64,000 bases of DNA from positions 12,980,184-13,044,183 of the forward strand of contig MU058844.1 of NCBI GenBank assembly GCA_013265495.1. Reading direction: 5' to 3'. Below, piece by piece: positions 36,180-50,249 of the stretch (the first letter of the stretch is position 1; each line of letters begins with the position of its first letter). A program made the translations under genes and the position numbers. The notes below the pieces were generated by a model. It did not search any database, was not told the DNA's origin, and saw nothing but the letters and a program-made list of their open reading frames with translations. The DNA comes from Vicugna vicugna (Eukaryota).

Positions 36180-37050
36180 TTGCTCTTTTAAACTCTAAAA
36201 GTAGCACATGCTAAATCAAACAATACAGAGGCATTTATGATAAAAATGTATAGTCTCCCCCTCTCCTCTTGCCCCACCAAATCTGGCTCCTCTACCATGT
36301 AAATCAGTGTTAGCATTTTGTTTATTGGGTATCTTTTTATTGGGTTTATAGGGTACATTTTGCCACATTTCTATAAACTCACACATGCATGTATAGTATA
36401 CATGTAGGGATTCTTAAAAATTTTTTATTGAAATGTGGTTGATTTTCAATATTAGTTTCAGGTTACAGCAAAGTGATTCAGTTATACGCATACATGCATA
36501 TATATTTTTTCTTTTCAGATCCTTCAAGCATATAAGGTTTTAAAAGCTTTTTTAAACAAAGACAAGATTATTCCATGTGCTTAGTTATCTATATGAACAT
36601 CTTTCCAAGTTAATGCCTTTCTCTTATTCTTTATAATAGCTGCATATATTCTATAATATAGATATATCATTATTTATTCAATAATTTTTCTATTTGCAGA
36701 TATACCTCTTATCTCTAGTTTTTATTATTAAAGATAGTGCTTTATAATATGGGGGTCAATGAATAAACCGTAATGTAATATAATCGAATATTAGAGTTAA
36801 AATGAATGGACTAGAAGTATATGTAACAACATGTTTAGATCTTAAAAACAATCTTGAGTGGAAAAAATATACAGAATAAAATTACCTACTACATAAAAGG
36901 TTAAACGTATACAATAAAACTGCATACTGATTATGGAAATGTAAAGATGTAACAAAAATTTTAACAGAAGAAAAATAATGCTTCAAAAAACATCCTAGTA
37001 CATGTATCTGCATGTGCTGATGCTTTTATTTCTCTAAGAAAGATTTACAG
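36180..37050. mobile_element. Mixed old L1M 3'-end fragments in both orientations, including a ~100 bp young L1 tail at ~36420-36520
   Basis: TAATAGCTGCATATATTCT, AATGAATGGACTAGAAGTATATGTAACAACATG, TTATTGAAATGTGGTTGAT...AAAGTGATTCAGTTATA. Confidence 0.6.
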
Positions 37051-37757
37051 AAAATGCCACCTAGGACAAAGATGGTGAATTTCTGTTCCTTTTTAACATG
37101 ACATTGTTTGGAGTGAATTTAAGGTTCTGTTTACCAGCTTTTGAGTATGTTTCAGTTTGTCTAATTACTTAAATCCTATTGGGTAAAGATAGAGATATAA
37201 GAAAAATAATGGTAATTTAAAATACTCTTCAACTGGACACACGATTCCTGGGGAGTTTGGACAGAACACATTTACCCTGACTATTCACTTTCTTTGTTCT
37301 GGAGCCTATTCTTTCATTTAGGGATGACGAAGAATTGTGTTCGCTTTGAGGGCATCAGTCTTATTTATAGTTTGATCCTGACTCTTGAAATAATAAATAT
37401 TCCAAAATAATCTGAGGAAAGCTTTTCTTAATGGTCCAAATACAAAGCATGGACAGTTTATCCACCCAGAAGAGATACAGAATAAAAAGAATCAAGAGTA
37501 GACAAGTCTGTGACCTTGAATTTTAAGTTCAAGGGCTTACCCAATTTTTATATGACATAGATATCAACAATGAAAATGTGGAGGGCAAGAGACATGAGTG
37601 AGTACAGAGACATACGATCCAGCCCTGCCTCCATGTCTGATACATGTTCCTTGGAAGGTCTTCTACCTGTTCATGAATGTGCTTTAACAGCCGAGTAGGT
37701 CCAGGACTGGTGGCCTTGCAGGGGGCCACTTGAGGAAACTGTCTCAGCTGCAATTAA

Positions 37758-38957
37758 TTTCCTCCTTCCTTCTTTTCTTCTTTTCTTCCATTCTTCCATC
37801 CTGCCTTCCTGTCTATTAAAATATAGTTCACACATAACATTGTGTAAGTTTAAGGTGTACAGCTGCATTGATTTGCTATATTCATATATTGCAGTTTGAT
37901 TATGACCTTAGTTTGGCTAACACCTCCATGGTGACATAATTAATATAATGTGGTGGAAATATTTATGATCTAGTATCTTAGCAGCTTTGAACTTTATAAC
38001 ACCGTATTGTTGACTATAATTACAATGCTGTGCCTTGCGTCTCCAGAACTTATCTTCTATTTGCAAGTTTGTTTCCTTAAACAACAGCTTGCCGTTTCTC
38101 CACCCTCAGCCTTGATAATGTCCCTTCTACTCTCTGTTTCTAAGAGTTTGGCTTTTTAAGATTCTGCATATAAGTGATATTATACAGTATTTTTCTTTCT
38201 CTGTCTGACTTACCTCACTTATCATAATGCCCTCAAGCCATCCATGTTGTTGAAAATGACAGGATTTCCTTATTTCTCATAGCTGAATAATATTTCATTG
38301 ATATATGCCACATCTTCTTTATCCATTCACCCACTGACAGACTCTTAGACATTTCCATTTCTTGGCTATTGTGAATAATGCTGCAATAGACATGGGAGTG
38401 CAAATATCTTTTCAGCATCCTGTTTTCATTTCCTTTGAATATATACCCAGAAATGGGATTGCAGGATCACATGGTAGATCTATTTTTAATTTTTTGAGTA
38501 CTACTTTACATAGTGGCTGAACAGTTCCACCAGCAGTGCCTGAGTTTCCATTTCCTCCATATCCTTATTATCTCTTGTCTTCTTGACAAAAGCCATTCTA
38601 ACAAGTATGAGGTGACACCTCATTGTAGTTTTGATCTGTTAGTTCCATGATGATTAGTAATGTTGAGCATTTCTTCATGTATCTATTGGCCATTTGGATG
38701 TCTTCTTTGTAAAGAAGAAACTATTCTCTTTCTCTGACCATTTTTAAATCACATTGTTCAGTTGCTTAAGTTGTGTGAGTTCTTTATGTATTTTGGATAT
38801 TAATCCCTTAACAGATATATGGTTTGCAAATCTTTTCTCCCGTTACTTAGGATGCTTTTTCATTTTGCTGACTTCTTCCTTTCTGTTCAGAAACTTTTTA
38901 GTTTGATGAGTCCCACTTGTTGATTTTTGCCTTTGTGGCTTATGATTTTGGTATCAG
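37758..38957 (-). mobile_element. L1 (L1MA9-like) ORF2 end/3'UTR with a (CTTC)n-type decayed tail
   Basis: CATAACATTGTGTAAGTTTAAGGTGTACAGC...TTGGCTATTGTGAATAATGCTGCAAT...TTTGCAAATCTTTTCTCC; ORF 38233-38418 resembles L1 sequence. Confidence 0.9.
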
Positions 38958-39599
38958 AGACTTTTTCTTCATTATATATTTAGAAAACTTCTTATCCCAT
39001 CCACCTGTTAGAGTCCCCCCTTAAGGTGAATTATCTTACCTTAAACATTATCTAGTTGCAGAATTTATAAACTGAAACCACTCTCTAAACACCTACTGAG
39101 AGGAAATGGGGCAGGGCTCAAGGGGACAATGAGGAGACCACTAAGCTGAGTATTGCCTATAGATCCCAAGCTCTGGGGAGGAAGTCTTCCTGTCTCCCTG
39201 ACCTATTGCCTCACCACTGTTCAAGCTGTTTTCCATGAAACTTGTAAATAATCAAAAATGGATCCAGATACCCTTTCTCTTTGTTCCTATAGCTCACTGT
39301 GCTTACTACTCTCTCGGAATTTATCACATTCTAAAATTTTTAAATGGAAGTATTGCAAAGGCACGTTCCAACTGATACTAAGACTCTTTAGGTCTTTAAT
39401 CTTCCAATACAAAGCCAGATTTACTGTATATTCTCAGTGAGGCACAGGCAATGTGATTCCGCTCCCAAAGTACATGCCAGCCTTTAGGTACTAGACAAAT
39501 AATTTTCAAACTACACAGCTGGACAAAAATCGTGTAGAATGTCTCACTCTAGTTTGGGAGTCCTGTACATATTTCTAACCAGCATTGTAACAGAGTGCA

Positions 39600-39845
39600 T
39601 ACAGATCTGTCTCAGCCTACTGGATTATTAGTTTCTAGAATTCAGGACTCTGTTTCATTCATCGTTTTATTTTTAGCTCCCAGTAGAGTGCCTGGTACAT
39701 AGTAGGCACTCAACAAATAGTTGTTAGATAGCGAATAGTTGTTAAATTTTTAAAAATGGAGCATGGAAGGGAACCAATGTTTATTAAACACCTACTACAT
39801 GCCAGGCTCTGGGCTAAGTGCTTTGCAAAATTTATTGAGTTGTTT
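39600..39845. mobile_element. L2 3' end plus MIR/L2 fragment
   Basis: AGTGCCTGGTACATAGTAGGCACTCAACAAATAGTTG; TTTATTAAACACCTACTACATGCCAGGC. Confidence 0.7.
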
Positions 39846-41222
39846 GGTATTTGCTAGTGTTCTGTATGGTATGTGGCTCCAGGAATTGCACTAGGACTAG
39901 AGAAGATTATGGGAAGATACCTTTCAGTTCAATGTTAAAATCTTTCTAATGTCCAGGGCTGCCTGAAGATGAAGTTGGCTGCCTCAGGAAGGGTGAATTC
40001 CCTGTGACTGTGTATAGACTGAAGATGTTATGAGGACCCAAACATCAAGTGGGGTGGAGCTGTCAACCGGATTAGGCTCCCACACTTGGGCCAGGCGAAA
40101 AGAAGAGGCCAAGCCCAAGAGTACTGCACTTCTTCCTTACCTCCAAGTGAAACAGTTACCTCATTGTGATGAACAGTGCTGGCTTTTGGCCTCTAAATTG
40201 GAGATATAATAGGGAGTAATGCGGTCTGTATATATTCCTTCTAAAGAGCACAATTCTTCAGCGCCAAAGGATTCCATGCAAGAATATGGGTCCTGTGTTG
40301 AGAAATCTTTCTAGGAATTCTCATTTGTATGACCTCCTGATCCTTAAATGTGCTATCAAGTATCAAATTCCATTGGGGGAAAAAAGAAGAAAGCACTGTG
40401 GGGCACAAGACGTGTTCGCACATTTGGCCGATAGTCAGTTTATTATCTCTGCAACTAATCATATTTAAGGTATCTTTAAACCTGAGAGTCTTGTGCTGTT
40501 TGCCTTGTAGAGTGGTTATAATCCAGTGTCTGGTTATAAATGATAAATCCTGATATTTAATGACAGTGTCCTAAGTTCACAACACTCCAGCTTTAACTTT
40601 CACACAGGGAGATTAATTTGTGCTGGCCCTACTTTATTTCATTGGCTTTTTGTCATCAACATCATTGCATCAGAGGTTTATCTGATTATTTTGTGTAACT
40701 TCATCAACCAGAGGGTTGATTGATAACACAGGGACAGAGAAAGGCAGGTAATCTTATTATGACTTTGAGAACAAAGCTCAGCTCCGCAGGGGGCATAGAG
40801 AGACTGTAGTGAATTAAAACCCTGTCCAAAATGATATACACTTTGGCAGTGATATTTTGACAGTCTCAGTTTTGAATTATCTTCCCAGATGTTCTCTCAG
40901 CAAAATTAGAGAAACTTCATTTCCAGTGAAAGTCCTTTGACCCTGAGGTGGAAAATGACTTAGAATAGGAGCTTTTACCTTCTACAAAGTGACTTATTCC
41001 CCTCTTGATCTGGGCTCATGGAAGCTGTTTTCTATTACCTGGAATTCAGGAAAAGTAGTGCAGAAACCACAGGCATCTTCTCCTGGGATGATAAATTACT
41101 GATGTCCCAGAAGGTTATAATTGTTGATTTCTAGGGAAAGACCTAGAGTAGCTTAGATCAGCTCTGCTCTGGGCAATAGAAAAAAAGCCCAGGTCCACCC
41201 CTTTCCTTCTTTTCTTTCTTGA

Positions 41223-41531
41223 TGCCTTAGTCCATGCAGGGAGCTGTGAGAAAACACCATAAATGGGGTAGTGTGTAAATGGCAAACATTTATTTCGCAC
41301 AGTTCTGGAGACTGTAAGTCTTCAGTGTCTGCTGAGGACACGTGGCAACCTCACATGGAAGGGACAAGATAGCTCTCTGGGATCTCTTTTAAAAAGGTGC
41401 TAGTCCCAGTCATGAGGGCGCCACACTCATGACCTGATCACCTCCTGAAGGCCTCACCTCCTAAGACCATTCCTCTGAAGGTTAGGATTTCAGTATGACT
41501 CTTGAGAGGATACGAATATTTAGACCATAGC
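41223..41531 (-). mobile_element. MaLR LTR (MLT1A0/MST-like, internally deleted)
   Basis: TGCCTTAGTCCAT...TTTATTTCGCACAGTTCTGGAGACTG...CATGACCTGATCACCTCCTGAAGGCCTCACCTCC...AGACCATAGC. Confidence 0.85.
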
Positions 41532-41817
41532 CATTGGATTAGACTTTTTTTTTTAATTCCAATGGATTGGTCCCATTTGCCATACTTACAATTTTGGCAT
41601 ATCCTAAATGAGTGGTGCCTTGGAGGTACCTGGCCAGCTTTTAGTAATGTAGGACTTAGAGGTATCTGCTCCAGAAAAGAGGAAACCCCGTAGTCCATAT
41701 GGTCCATACTTTTCACCAGGAAACAATTAAGGGTAAACCTATGGTAATGAGCAGAGTGAATTTCCCAGGAGCATGCCCACTACTTATCTCTTTCCTAATA
41801 TGACATAAAGTAAGCAG

Positions 41818-42300
41818 TGTTAGGAGACAGTTCTCTAAGGGCTTAGTTTCTGCAGGTATTGAAAGTTAGGTACTGACTGCCTTTTTTCCATACTGTCTTT
41901 TCCCAATTGCTTGTACAGTGTACAGCCTTGGAAGATATAATCTGTGCCTCCAAAGCAAACATCAAATTTTCTTATAACTTTGGAAAATAGAGATAATGTC
42001 TCCTGCCAGAGCAAAGAATCTGCTCAGTGCCACTTATAAAAAATTCAGATTACCTAACCTCAGGTTTTGCCTTGTAATAAAGTCCATTTTGTGTGCATGA
42101 ATCATCTGGCCTTCCTCATGTTGCTTTGAGGGAATAAGAGTTCAGAGAATTGGTGATAAATGCTGACAGCCTGGCTACTGCTATTGTTGTGAATAATAAA
42201 CAGTCCTTTGTGTCTGACCCTGGAGATTTGTGTCTTCTAGTATCCACAAAACGTTAGTGGGCTAGTTCCCTTGTAAATAGAGTAAAATTTCAGACATTTA
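41818..42300 (+). mobile_element. Old ERVL-class LTR
   Basis: Starts TGTTAGGAGACAGTTCTC; AATAATAAACAGTCCTTTGTGTCTGACCC polyA region; GTAAAATTTCAGAC near the end. Confidence 0.6.
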
Positions 42301-43069
42301 ATTCTTGAATAGTCAATGATGATTAAGTTTTCAAGAATCTTAGAGCAACAGGCAAAGAAGAGGCTACCAAAGTGGCTGGATGATGGGTCCTGATTATCAA
42401 GGGAGGGCATAAAGTTGTTGCTAGGCAATGGGGTAGAGAAAACTATGTCTGGAACCCCAGAGAGGGTGTATGGGGGCACCCCTTAGAATTTGTTCAATAG
42501 AAAGAGTTAATAGCAAACAGCAGCTATCAAATAAGGAAAGAGCAACTAAGGATTCAGAGTTTTGACAGTAAATGTTTGGACCATTTCATTTGGTAAAAAT
42601 ATGGAAGAAGTAGTGGAACAAGGAATTTATAAATATCCAATATGGTTCCTGAGAAGGTACAGAAATGAAGACCATGGCAGTTCTATATTTTCTTCCTGGC
42701 TAATTTCTTTTTTTCATCCCCTCTCCTTTCCCACTATTGGCTGATTTTAAAATATAGTCTTCACATTATCAAACATTGGGTAAGTTTATGGCTAAACTAA
42801 AAGAAAAGTTAACATCATCCAGAGATGGATACTGTGAACATCTTCCATAAATGGATATCATGATTCCTGGAACTTTGTGCTTTTACATTTGGGAGGAGAC
42901 TGTTAGAGCATCTTCATTTGTACAAAGGATACTAGCATCTTGTCAGGCAGAAGCATGAAGATGTTCATGTTGAAGTGTGGACGTTCAGATAGATACAGAA
43001 TGTGTGTGCATGTTGGGGGTGATGAGTGTTTGTCTGAGAGCTAACTGGTCAAAGGGATAGATGTGCTGG

Positions 43070-43560
43070 TAATTTACTCATTATCACTGAGCTCCAAATC
43101 TACCCTTCTTTACCAGCTGGCTTCCTGCTGGGTTCTGCCAAGAGAAGACATTAAAAAAAAGGCAGGAAAAGGAATTCCCTCTTCCTGTTTGTTTGTATAG
43201 CACTTCATCCTAGCAGTGACAGTTGATTGCAAACTCCGGCTTCTTTTTGGCATCCCCAGAACCCATCACATTTTAATACTTCTGAGATGTTAGCACCATC
43301 CGGCAGCACCCTCTCTCAGAGGTCCAAACCCCACGGCCATGACTTCTTCTCCAAGCTTCCAGATTCTGATCACCTCAACTTCCCTCTTGTTTTCCCTAGC
43401 CAACAGGCGTGTAGCTGTTTCCTGCACTTCTCTGTGTCACCTCCCTGATGTCCTTTTGTGCTTTAATCCCTCCATTTGTGTAACCAACTTCTTGTATTAA
43501 CTTTTCTCTGTTGGAGTATGTCATGCAATTTCTATTTTCCTGACTGGACCCTGACAGATA
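43070..43560 (+). mobile_element. Old ERVL LTR (LTR33-like)
   Basis: GCTCCAAATCTACCCTTC...CTGGCTTCCTGCTGGGTTCTGCCAA...TTTCTATTTTCCTGACTGGACCCTGACAGATA. Confidence 0.65.
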
Positions 43561-43571
43561 GAACTGAATTT

Positions 43572-43705
43572 TTTTGTCAGGGGGAGGTAATTAGGTTGAT
43601 TAATTAATTAATTAATCAATTAATTTAATAGAGGTTCTGGGGATTGAACCCAGGACCTTGTGCATGCTAAGCATGCGCTCTACCACTGCACTGTACCCTC
43701 CCCCC
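43572..43705 (-). mobile_element. vic-1-like tRNA-Ala SINE
   Basis: Reverse of the A box / GCATGCTTAGCATGC / B box; (TTAA)n spacer and AACCTAATTACCTCCCC tail; TSD TAGAACTGA(A/C)TTT 43559-43571 / 43706-43718. Confidence 0.92.
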
Positions 43706-44377
43706 TAGAACTGACTTTAAGACATATATTTTATTTATATTTTTATCAGAGAATTGTATTATAGATGAATATTAGTGATATTTAAGGCTGTCAATTTGAC
43801 TTACGGCTTTACTTGAGACAAGAAATCTGATGAAAGAAAGATACTAAAATTGTGAGCAAACGTGGATTTTGAGATAACTTATTATGAATTTCAATGATGA
43901 TCCTGTTTCCTTTTTGTCAATATGTTTTAAGTGTTTCATGTAAACAGCATTATTTTCAGTTTTTTGAGCTTAGTCACTCAGATTCTGACTTTAATTGGCA
44001 AATCCAGTCCATTCACAATCAGTATAAAAACTAATATACTTGGATATTAATTCTTCCGTTTCACTCTGATTTTTTTCTCCCTTAGTTAACTTCGCTGTTG
44101 TTTCCTTTTTCTTTCCCTATTTTCCCTGTTTTGGTCAGTCTAATTTTCATCTCTATTCCTTGAATAATCAAAGGTCAACTATGTGACTATAGTGGAATGT
44201 TTTCTTTTTCTTTTTGAGAAAGACCAAAGTTTTAAAATGCTGCTTTTCTAATGATTATGATCTCATCCATATAGTTCTACCAGGAAGTCTTTTAGGGAAA
44301 CTAGATTGGCAGAAAAGGTTCAGCAGATGTCATCCTCGGCGCTGTAGACTCCACAGTGGTAAGATTGCCTTGGTTAT

Positions 44378-44882
44378 TGTTGGGGCTCAGGATGGGCCAC
44401 CTCAAAATATGCTTCAATGGCATATTGATTATTTTAAATTAAAGTTACTTAAGAAATGGCAGGAGACCTCCCTCTTTGTCTCCCTGAAAGCAGGAAATTA
44501 ATCTCTCATGCGCAAGGTACACTCCCTGCACCTGGAGGTAGAAGGACACCCTTATCGCCAGAGATAGGGAATTTGGGTCTGAAAAGGGTGCATAAACAAA
44601 CCTTGTTATTTCTTTAATTTACCACCCCAAGCCCAAACTCTGCTTAGATTCCTCAGTAAGCACTCAAAGCCTAAGTTTTCTTGTCCTGTCAATTCCTCAC
44701 AAATTTATTATTTCATCTCAAAATATAACAGCTGCCTGCTCTGGCCACTTCTTAGGTTCTGCTTCTCCATGTGCATGAATTGAAATTTGTTTCTTTTCTC
44801 CTGTTAATCTGTCTTGTGTTAATTTTAATATTAGTCCAGACACAAGAACTCAAGATAGAGGGTAAATTTCCCCTCCCTGACA
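44378..44882 (+). mobile_element. ERV1-class solo LTR (MER34/MER39-like)
   Basis: TGTTGGGGCTCAGG...CCTCAAAATATG...TTTTCTCCTGTTAATCTGTCT...CCCTCCCTGACA; 4-bp TSD TTAT/CTAT. Confidence 0.85.
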
Positions 44883-47789
44883 CTATGGTTTGGATACTTC
44901 CCCCGCCCCCAACACCTTCTCTAGAACATAAAACAAGTAAATTAAAAGGGAAAACCTTGAAATCAAAAAAGTTCTGCTATGAAAAGAGCTTATTAACTGA
45001 ATGACTGTGAAAGTTGTTCATGCTTTTAGGCTCTGGTTGCTCTTTCCTCTCTAAAGAAAGCACTGCTTACACTCGCAAACTCCTGTTCATCCTTTGAAAA
45101 TCAGCCCAAGGATCTTCTCTGCCCATCTGTCCCTGGCCACCCTCTCCACACTTGCTTCCTTCTTTGTGTCCCCTCCACAGCTTACGATGCCTGCGTTACA
45201 GCCCCTATAGCATCGTCCTGGAATGATTGCAGCTCTAGGTGGCGCACTGTTTGAGAGCAGAAAGGGTTTCTTCACCTTTTTATCTCCAGTACTGAGTTAC
45301 AGTGTTTAATAAATGCTTCTTGGGCAAATTATTGATTGTTTCTTTCACCAATGGTAAATTGTTTATTTACAGCACCATATTTCTGGCATCTCTTTCATTT
45401 TTGAATTTTTCCTAAAGCAACAGAAGAAAGCAATTTTAGAGTTAAGGTTGCCCCTAAGAAACGTAAATGGTAGCTTCACTAGTCCTATTAATATAGTCCC
45501 CTAATATTTTGAGAATTTGGGTTGAAGCCTTCTGCACCCATGTTTCTCTCTGCTCCTCAAAGATTCTTTGGCAGATTCCTATGTGTGTACCGATGACTAA
45601 CAATCTGAAGGCAATTTCAACCTTCTTGCTCATGGGAGCAGACCTTGGAATCTGGCCTCGCTGGTAGCCCCACGGGCTGTATTTGTTTCCAATGAGATTT
45701 TCTCAGGAATAATTCATTTTGGGGTGGTTTGAAGTTTTTGGCAGAGATGCTCTCATGAACCCTCATTCTTTAACCCCCTTTAAAATCATCTTTTTAATCT
45801 CTCTTGCCCCAGGTTAAGGCCTCTATCTAACATGACAACAACTGACTATTTCCCAACTCTGACTGACATTCAGCTTGATTATAGGTTCAGGCAATACCTA
45901 AAATCAATGCAAAAAAAAAAAGTGAGGTCAGAAGGTTTGAAATATAAATCCATTAAGGCCTGACATATTCTGGAAATTTTAGTGATTAGTCCACAGTCAC
46001 CCTCTGCTCCAATTATGAAAATAACACTGTGACTTTAAACTAAAATAAGGATCTTGGACCTCCTTTCTAAGAAATTTGTCATTTAAAAAAATGCAGAGAA
46101 GCAATTTCTGAAGTTCAAGTGCTCCTTATTACAAGAGTGAAGATAGTTTATTTTCACTTTATCTGTTACAGAGGGAGTCAATAGGCAGGAGATACTTCCA
46201 GACTGGCCGAGCAGGTCTGTCACATCGCCCTACGTCAGAGACGTTCCCGCCACTTCTCACCCCGCTGTTCCCACCACCACAGACGCTCACTCTCTCCTCT
46301 TCTAAGTACTTAAATCTTCTCTTATTTTTCCTTCAAGGTCAGACTGAAGTCCTGCATTCTGAACCACGATAACTGCTTATTATTAAGAAACATTATAATT
46401 TCAAAATTCTACTTGTCTATATTGGACTTTGCATCAACTGAAAAAAAACCCAGACCTTTTTAAATGTGAATTGCTCTCAAGCCACAAGTTCCGTATTCTA
46501 TGTTTCCGTATTTTTGTGCCTGCATTTCAGCTATTTCTGACTTCTCTCCAAATCTCCGGAGTCCTGCATCCATTTCTCCACTCTATACACAGAAGGATTT
46601 GGTTCTGGCCGTCAGTTAGGCTCTGGGTGTACATCCTGCATATTCAGCTGGTGCTTTGAGATCAACTTGATACATTGACCTTTTACCTTTCCCCTTGAAG
46701 CAGCAGAAGTTGGGACCAGCTGGGTTATTACCACCACTTCCAGACTCTACATCGATCCTGAAGGAGAGAATCCTGCTCCTGGACCGGGGGTACAAGAACA
46801 GCAGGACGAGAGGTGATGCCACTACTCCCTTGACCTGTGCTCTAAGGCTCTGGCTGCTGAGTGGATGCTTTCATGCATCCATGGACTTAGCTTAGGGCGA
46901 GCTGGTAGCCACTGTTCTCTCTTGCCCTTACATCTCACCCAATGCAGGGGCCATCTGGGACAATTATAATTTGTCTTAAGTGAGCTAACATTAGCATATA
47001 CTTAAGGAATCAGGTATCAGGACTGGGGGTATACACTGAACAGGTAAACACATGGGTAGTGCTCTTGCCACATCTTGGATATCAGGACCCTGTCTTATAT
47101 CACTTCTAAGGACAATCTTGTCCTTCCAGGGTATCCCTGAATCATTTTTGCCTTCTAGTCTTCATACAAGTAACTAAGTAAAATATATCCTATTAAAAAA
47201 AAACAAAACAAGAACAGAGACTGTGGAACATCACTAGAGACTTTCATTCATACTGGTATTAATTACGTATTTTGGGCATATTTGTTCCACAATAGCCTTT
47301 TTATGCATGTGCAGAATTCAGCTCTGTTCCCAAAGTACACTGTGAGATCCCTTAGTGCAGGTGCAGAATTGTAGTGGTAAGCAGACTAAACCTCAACCTA
47401 GTGGCCAATGAAAAGGGGTGTCTCCTGAGTGTCCGTAAAAAGGCTAGAGTGGAAATTTCTGCCTGGTAAATGTGAGGGAAAAGCAGGAATGTATCTGACC
47501 TTCTCTCCTGGGGAGAACTAGCCCAGGGTAAGTACCTTGGGGGTCCACAAGGAACTGAGTCTTGGAGTGGCCTAGAGGCCTCATGTTTTGTCCACTGACA
47601 GGCTGAAACCATTAATTACTCGTACGACTTCCAGATATCTGCTCTTAGTAGATGAAAGAGTTTGGGTAGATTGAGTCACGTTATTTCCTTTTCCTGGGCA
47701 AACTGTCAGACTGCACTTCTGAGCTTTCTTAGAAGACAGGTGTAGCAATGTGCTTGAGTTTTGTCGGTTGGAAATTCCAAGTGGATGCT

Positions 47790-48298
47790 GACACTGAGTT
47801 CAGGACTTGCCACCTCAAAATATACCACTTGGATATATCAATTATTTTGAATTTTAGACATTTGAAAAATGTAAATTTAAGAAGAGGTTTTCTCTGGACT
47901 CCCCTATTTGCCTAAAGATAGAACCTCCAAAAGTAACTCAACTGTTGTAGATCCCCTCCCCAGGAGTTTCATCAACCAGGGAAGATTGACTGTTATCACA
48001 GAAAAGACTAGAAGTCGACACCACACCCAAACTTTGTCACCAACTATCTGTCCTTCTAGGGACACATTTATCTTTCCTAAAAATCATTTACTGTCCCCTG
48101 AGGGGCCTACATTCCTCCTCGCCTTTCCCTATTAAAATGTTAAGTCTGGATTCTAAGCTGCCTTGGAGAGTTACTCATTTTCCCCTGCGTGTCTCCCATG
48201 TACACACAAGGCACATGTGTTACTAAACTCCTTTGGTTTTTCTCTTGTTAATCTATCTTTTATTCCAGGGGTCTTGGGTAAAAACTCCTCCCCTATAA
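47790..48298 (+). mobile_element. ERV1-class solo LTR (MER34/MER39-like)
   Basis: GCCACCTCAAAATATACCACTT...ATTATTTTGAATT...TTTTCTCTTGTTAATCTATCTTT...CTCCCCTATA. Confidence 0.75.
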
Positions 48299-48714
48299 TC
48301 ATTAGCATGAGGTGTGAAAAGAGCAGGATACAAAATGGTTTTTCCTAAGTCATCTCAAATGTGTTTTTGGAGAAGTAGGAGGACGTCTGCCAAAATGTTA
48401 AAAATTGAGAGAATCAGTTTACTGAAAATGCATATCCTTTCACCTAGATCCAGGACTGCCCCACACTCTGGAGGCCTCTTTGTTCCTCCCGCCTTGCTTC
48501 TCCCCAAGAGATGAGGAGACTTCTAGGCCAAGAGGCACACCCATCTGAAGCGCATCTCCCACCCCCAGGCCCCTCACTTTTATTCCATATGCTTCAGGTA
48601 TACTGGACTCTGGAATGCCTGCTACTTTCATCTGTTTTGGTGTCTGTCTTCCTGAGGTTAGATCACGTCCACTGTGCACACCTCTCGGCCCAGAGGTGGC
48701 CGAGAAACCCTTGT

Positions 48715-49041
48715 CTGTGGGAGTGAGGAGCTGTGATATTGATGTATAGGGCAGCGAATAAAGGGAAGGCAAATATGTAGGAAACTAATAGTAGATAAAG
48801 CTGATTAGTACAGTTTGTTATGTAGCTTCCTCTGGTGCCATCTCCAGACATCCAGGCTGTAAAGTTATCCCTGGTGATTAACTTTTTTTGGTTTTTTTAA
48901 AATGTACTTTTTTTTAATTGAAGTATAATTGATTTATAATGTTATATTTTCAGGTGTACAGCAAAGTGATTCAAATATATATGTGTATGTATATATACAC
49001 ATATATATTTATGTGTGTGTGTATACACATACATATTTACT

Positions 49042-49077
<36 letters not shown>

Positions 49078-49504
49078 CATGTGTGTGTTTATATATATAT
49101 ATTCTTTTCCAGATTCTTTTCCATTAGAGGTTACTAGAAGATATTGAATACAGTTCTCTGTGCTATACAGTAGGTCCTTGTTGTTGATCTATTTTATATG
49201 TAGTAGTGTGCTATATATGTTTATTGCAAACTCCTAATTTATGCTTCCCCACAACCCCTTTCCCCTTTTATAACCATAGTTTGTTTTCTATGTCTGTGAG
49301 TCTATTTCCAGGTTGTAAGTAAGTTCATTTATATCATTTTTTTAGATTCCATATATAGGTGATATCATATGATATTTGGCTTTCTCTGTCTGACTTACTT
49401 CACTTAATATGATAATCTCTAGGTCCATCCATTTTGCTGCAAATGGCATTGTTTCATTCTTTTTTATGGCTGAGTAATATTCCTATCTATCTATCTAACT
49501 ATCT

Positions 49505-49535
<31 letters not shown>

Positions 49536-49891
49536 CACCACATTTTCTTTATCCATTCATCTGTCAATGGATATTTATGTTGCTTCCACATCTTGGCTAT
49601 TGTAAATAGTACTGCTGTGAGCATTGGGGTGCATGTATCTTTTCAAGTTAGAGTTTTCTCCAGATATGTGACCAAGAGTGGGATTTTTGGATTGTATGGT
49701 GATTAACTTTTGTTCTTCCTGGTAGAGAGGAGAGGAGGTACAGCATTGCAAACTTATGTCCTGCTCTTAGGTAAATAGAGGAAAGGCAGGGAGGTTTTCT
49801 TATATCTGCTTCTTCTCAATTGCCTTCAGCTCAAAATAATCCTTATGCCAAAGTGACATATTTTGGAGGTAGCATATTCTTCCACCCCACA
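48715..49891 (-). mobile_element. ERV1-class LTR split by an L1
   Basis: ...AATTGCCTTCAGCTCAAAATAATCCTTATGCCAAAGTGACATATTTTGG...CCCCACA; left boundary approximate. Confidence 0.8.
48887..49696 (-). mobile_element. Young camelid/artiodactyl L1 3' end with internal (TA/TG)n and (TCTA)(CA) microsatellites
   Basis: Perfect 15-bp TSD TGGTGATTAACTTTT (48872-48886 / 49697-49711); polyT then AATTGAAGTATAATTGATTTATAATG. Confidence 0.93.
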
Positions 49892-50249
49892 GATGGTGCT
49901 TGAATGCATGAACTGAGGTGTCACACATACATATGCATAAGGTCCCTTGTGGTGCAAGATGGACCTGGGGGTGGGCAGAGGAAGGGGACTGGCTGCAGGC
50001 CAGGAGACTAGGGATGGGCTCTCCTTGCATTGCCATGTTCTAGAACAAAACTTGTAGAAGTTTGTGAATTCTACATTTGAACTTGGCTTCTAGGTGATTT
50101 TGAAGATATATTGGTAAGGTAAAAGAGTATATTTTATTATTTTATGAGTTTGCCTTTTAATCTTAAATATTTGGGCACATGGCTTGCCATGTCTGTCCAT
50201 TTGCACCCAGGCCCTGCAGGGACAGGAACAGGCCTGCTTAAATATACCC

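Noticed and set aside
46695..46895. Possible coding exon after a pyrimidine tract
   Set aside because: Weak donor site, no recognisable peptide in any frame and no partner exons.
44378..48298. Provirus formed by two same-orientation LTRs
   Set aside because: The LTRs are clearly divergent from each other, the first has its own TSD, and I see no PBS, PPT or gag/pol between them.
48929..49147. Y/I/V/C-rich ORFs (also near 50144-50369 and 51329)
   Set aside because: Translations of microsatellites.
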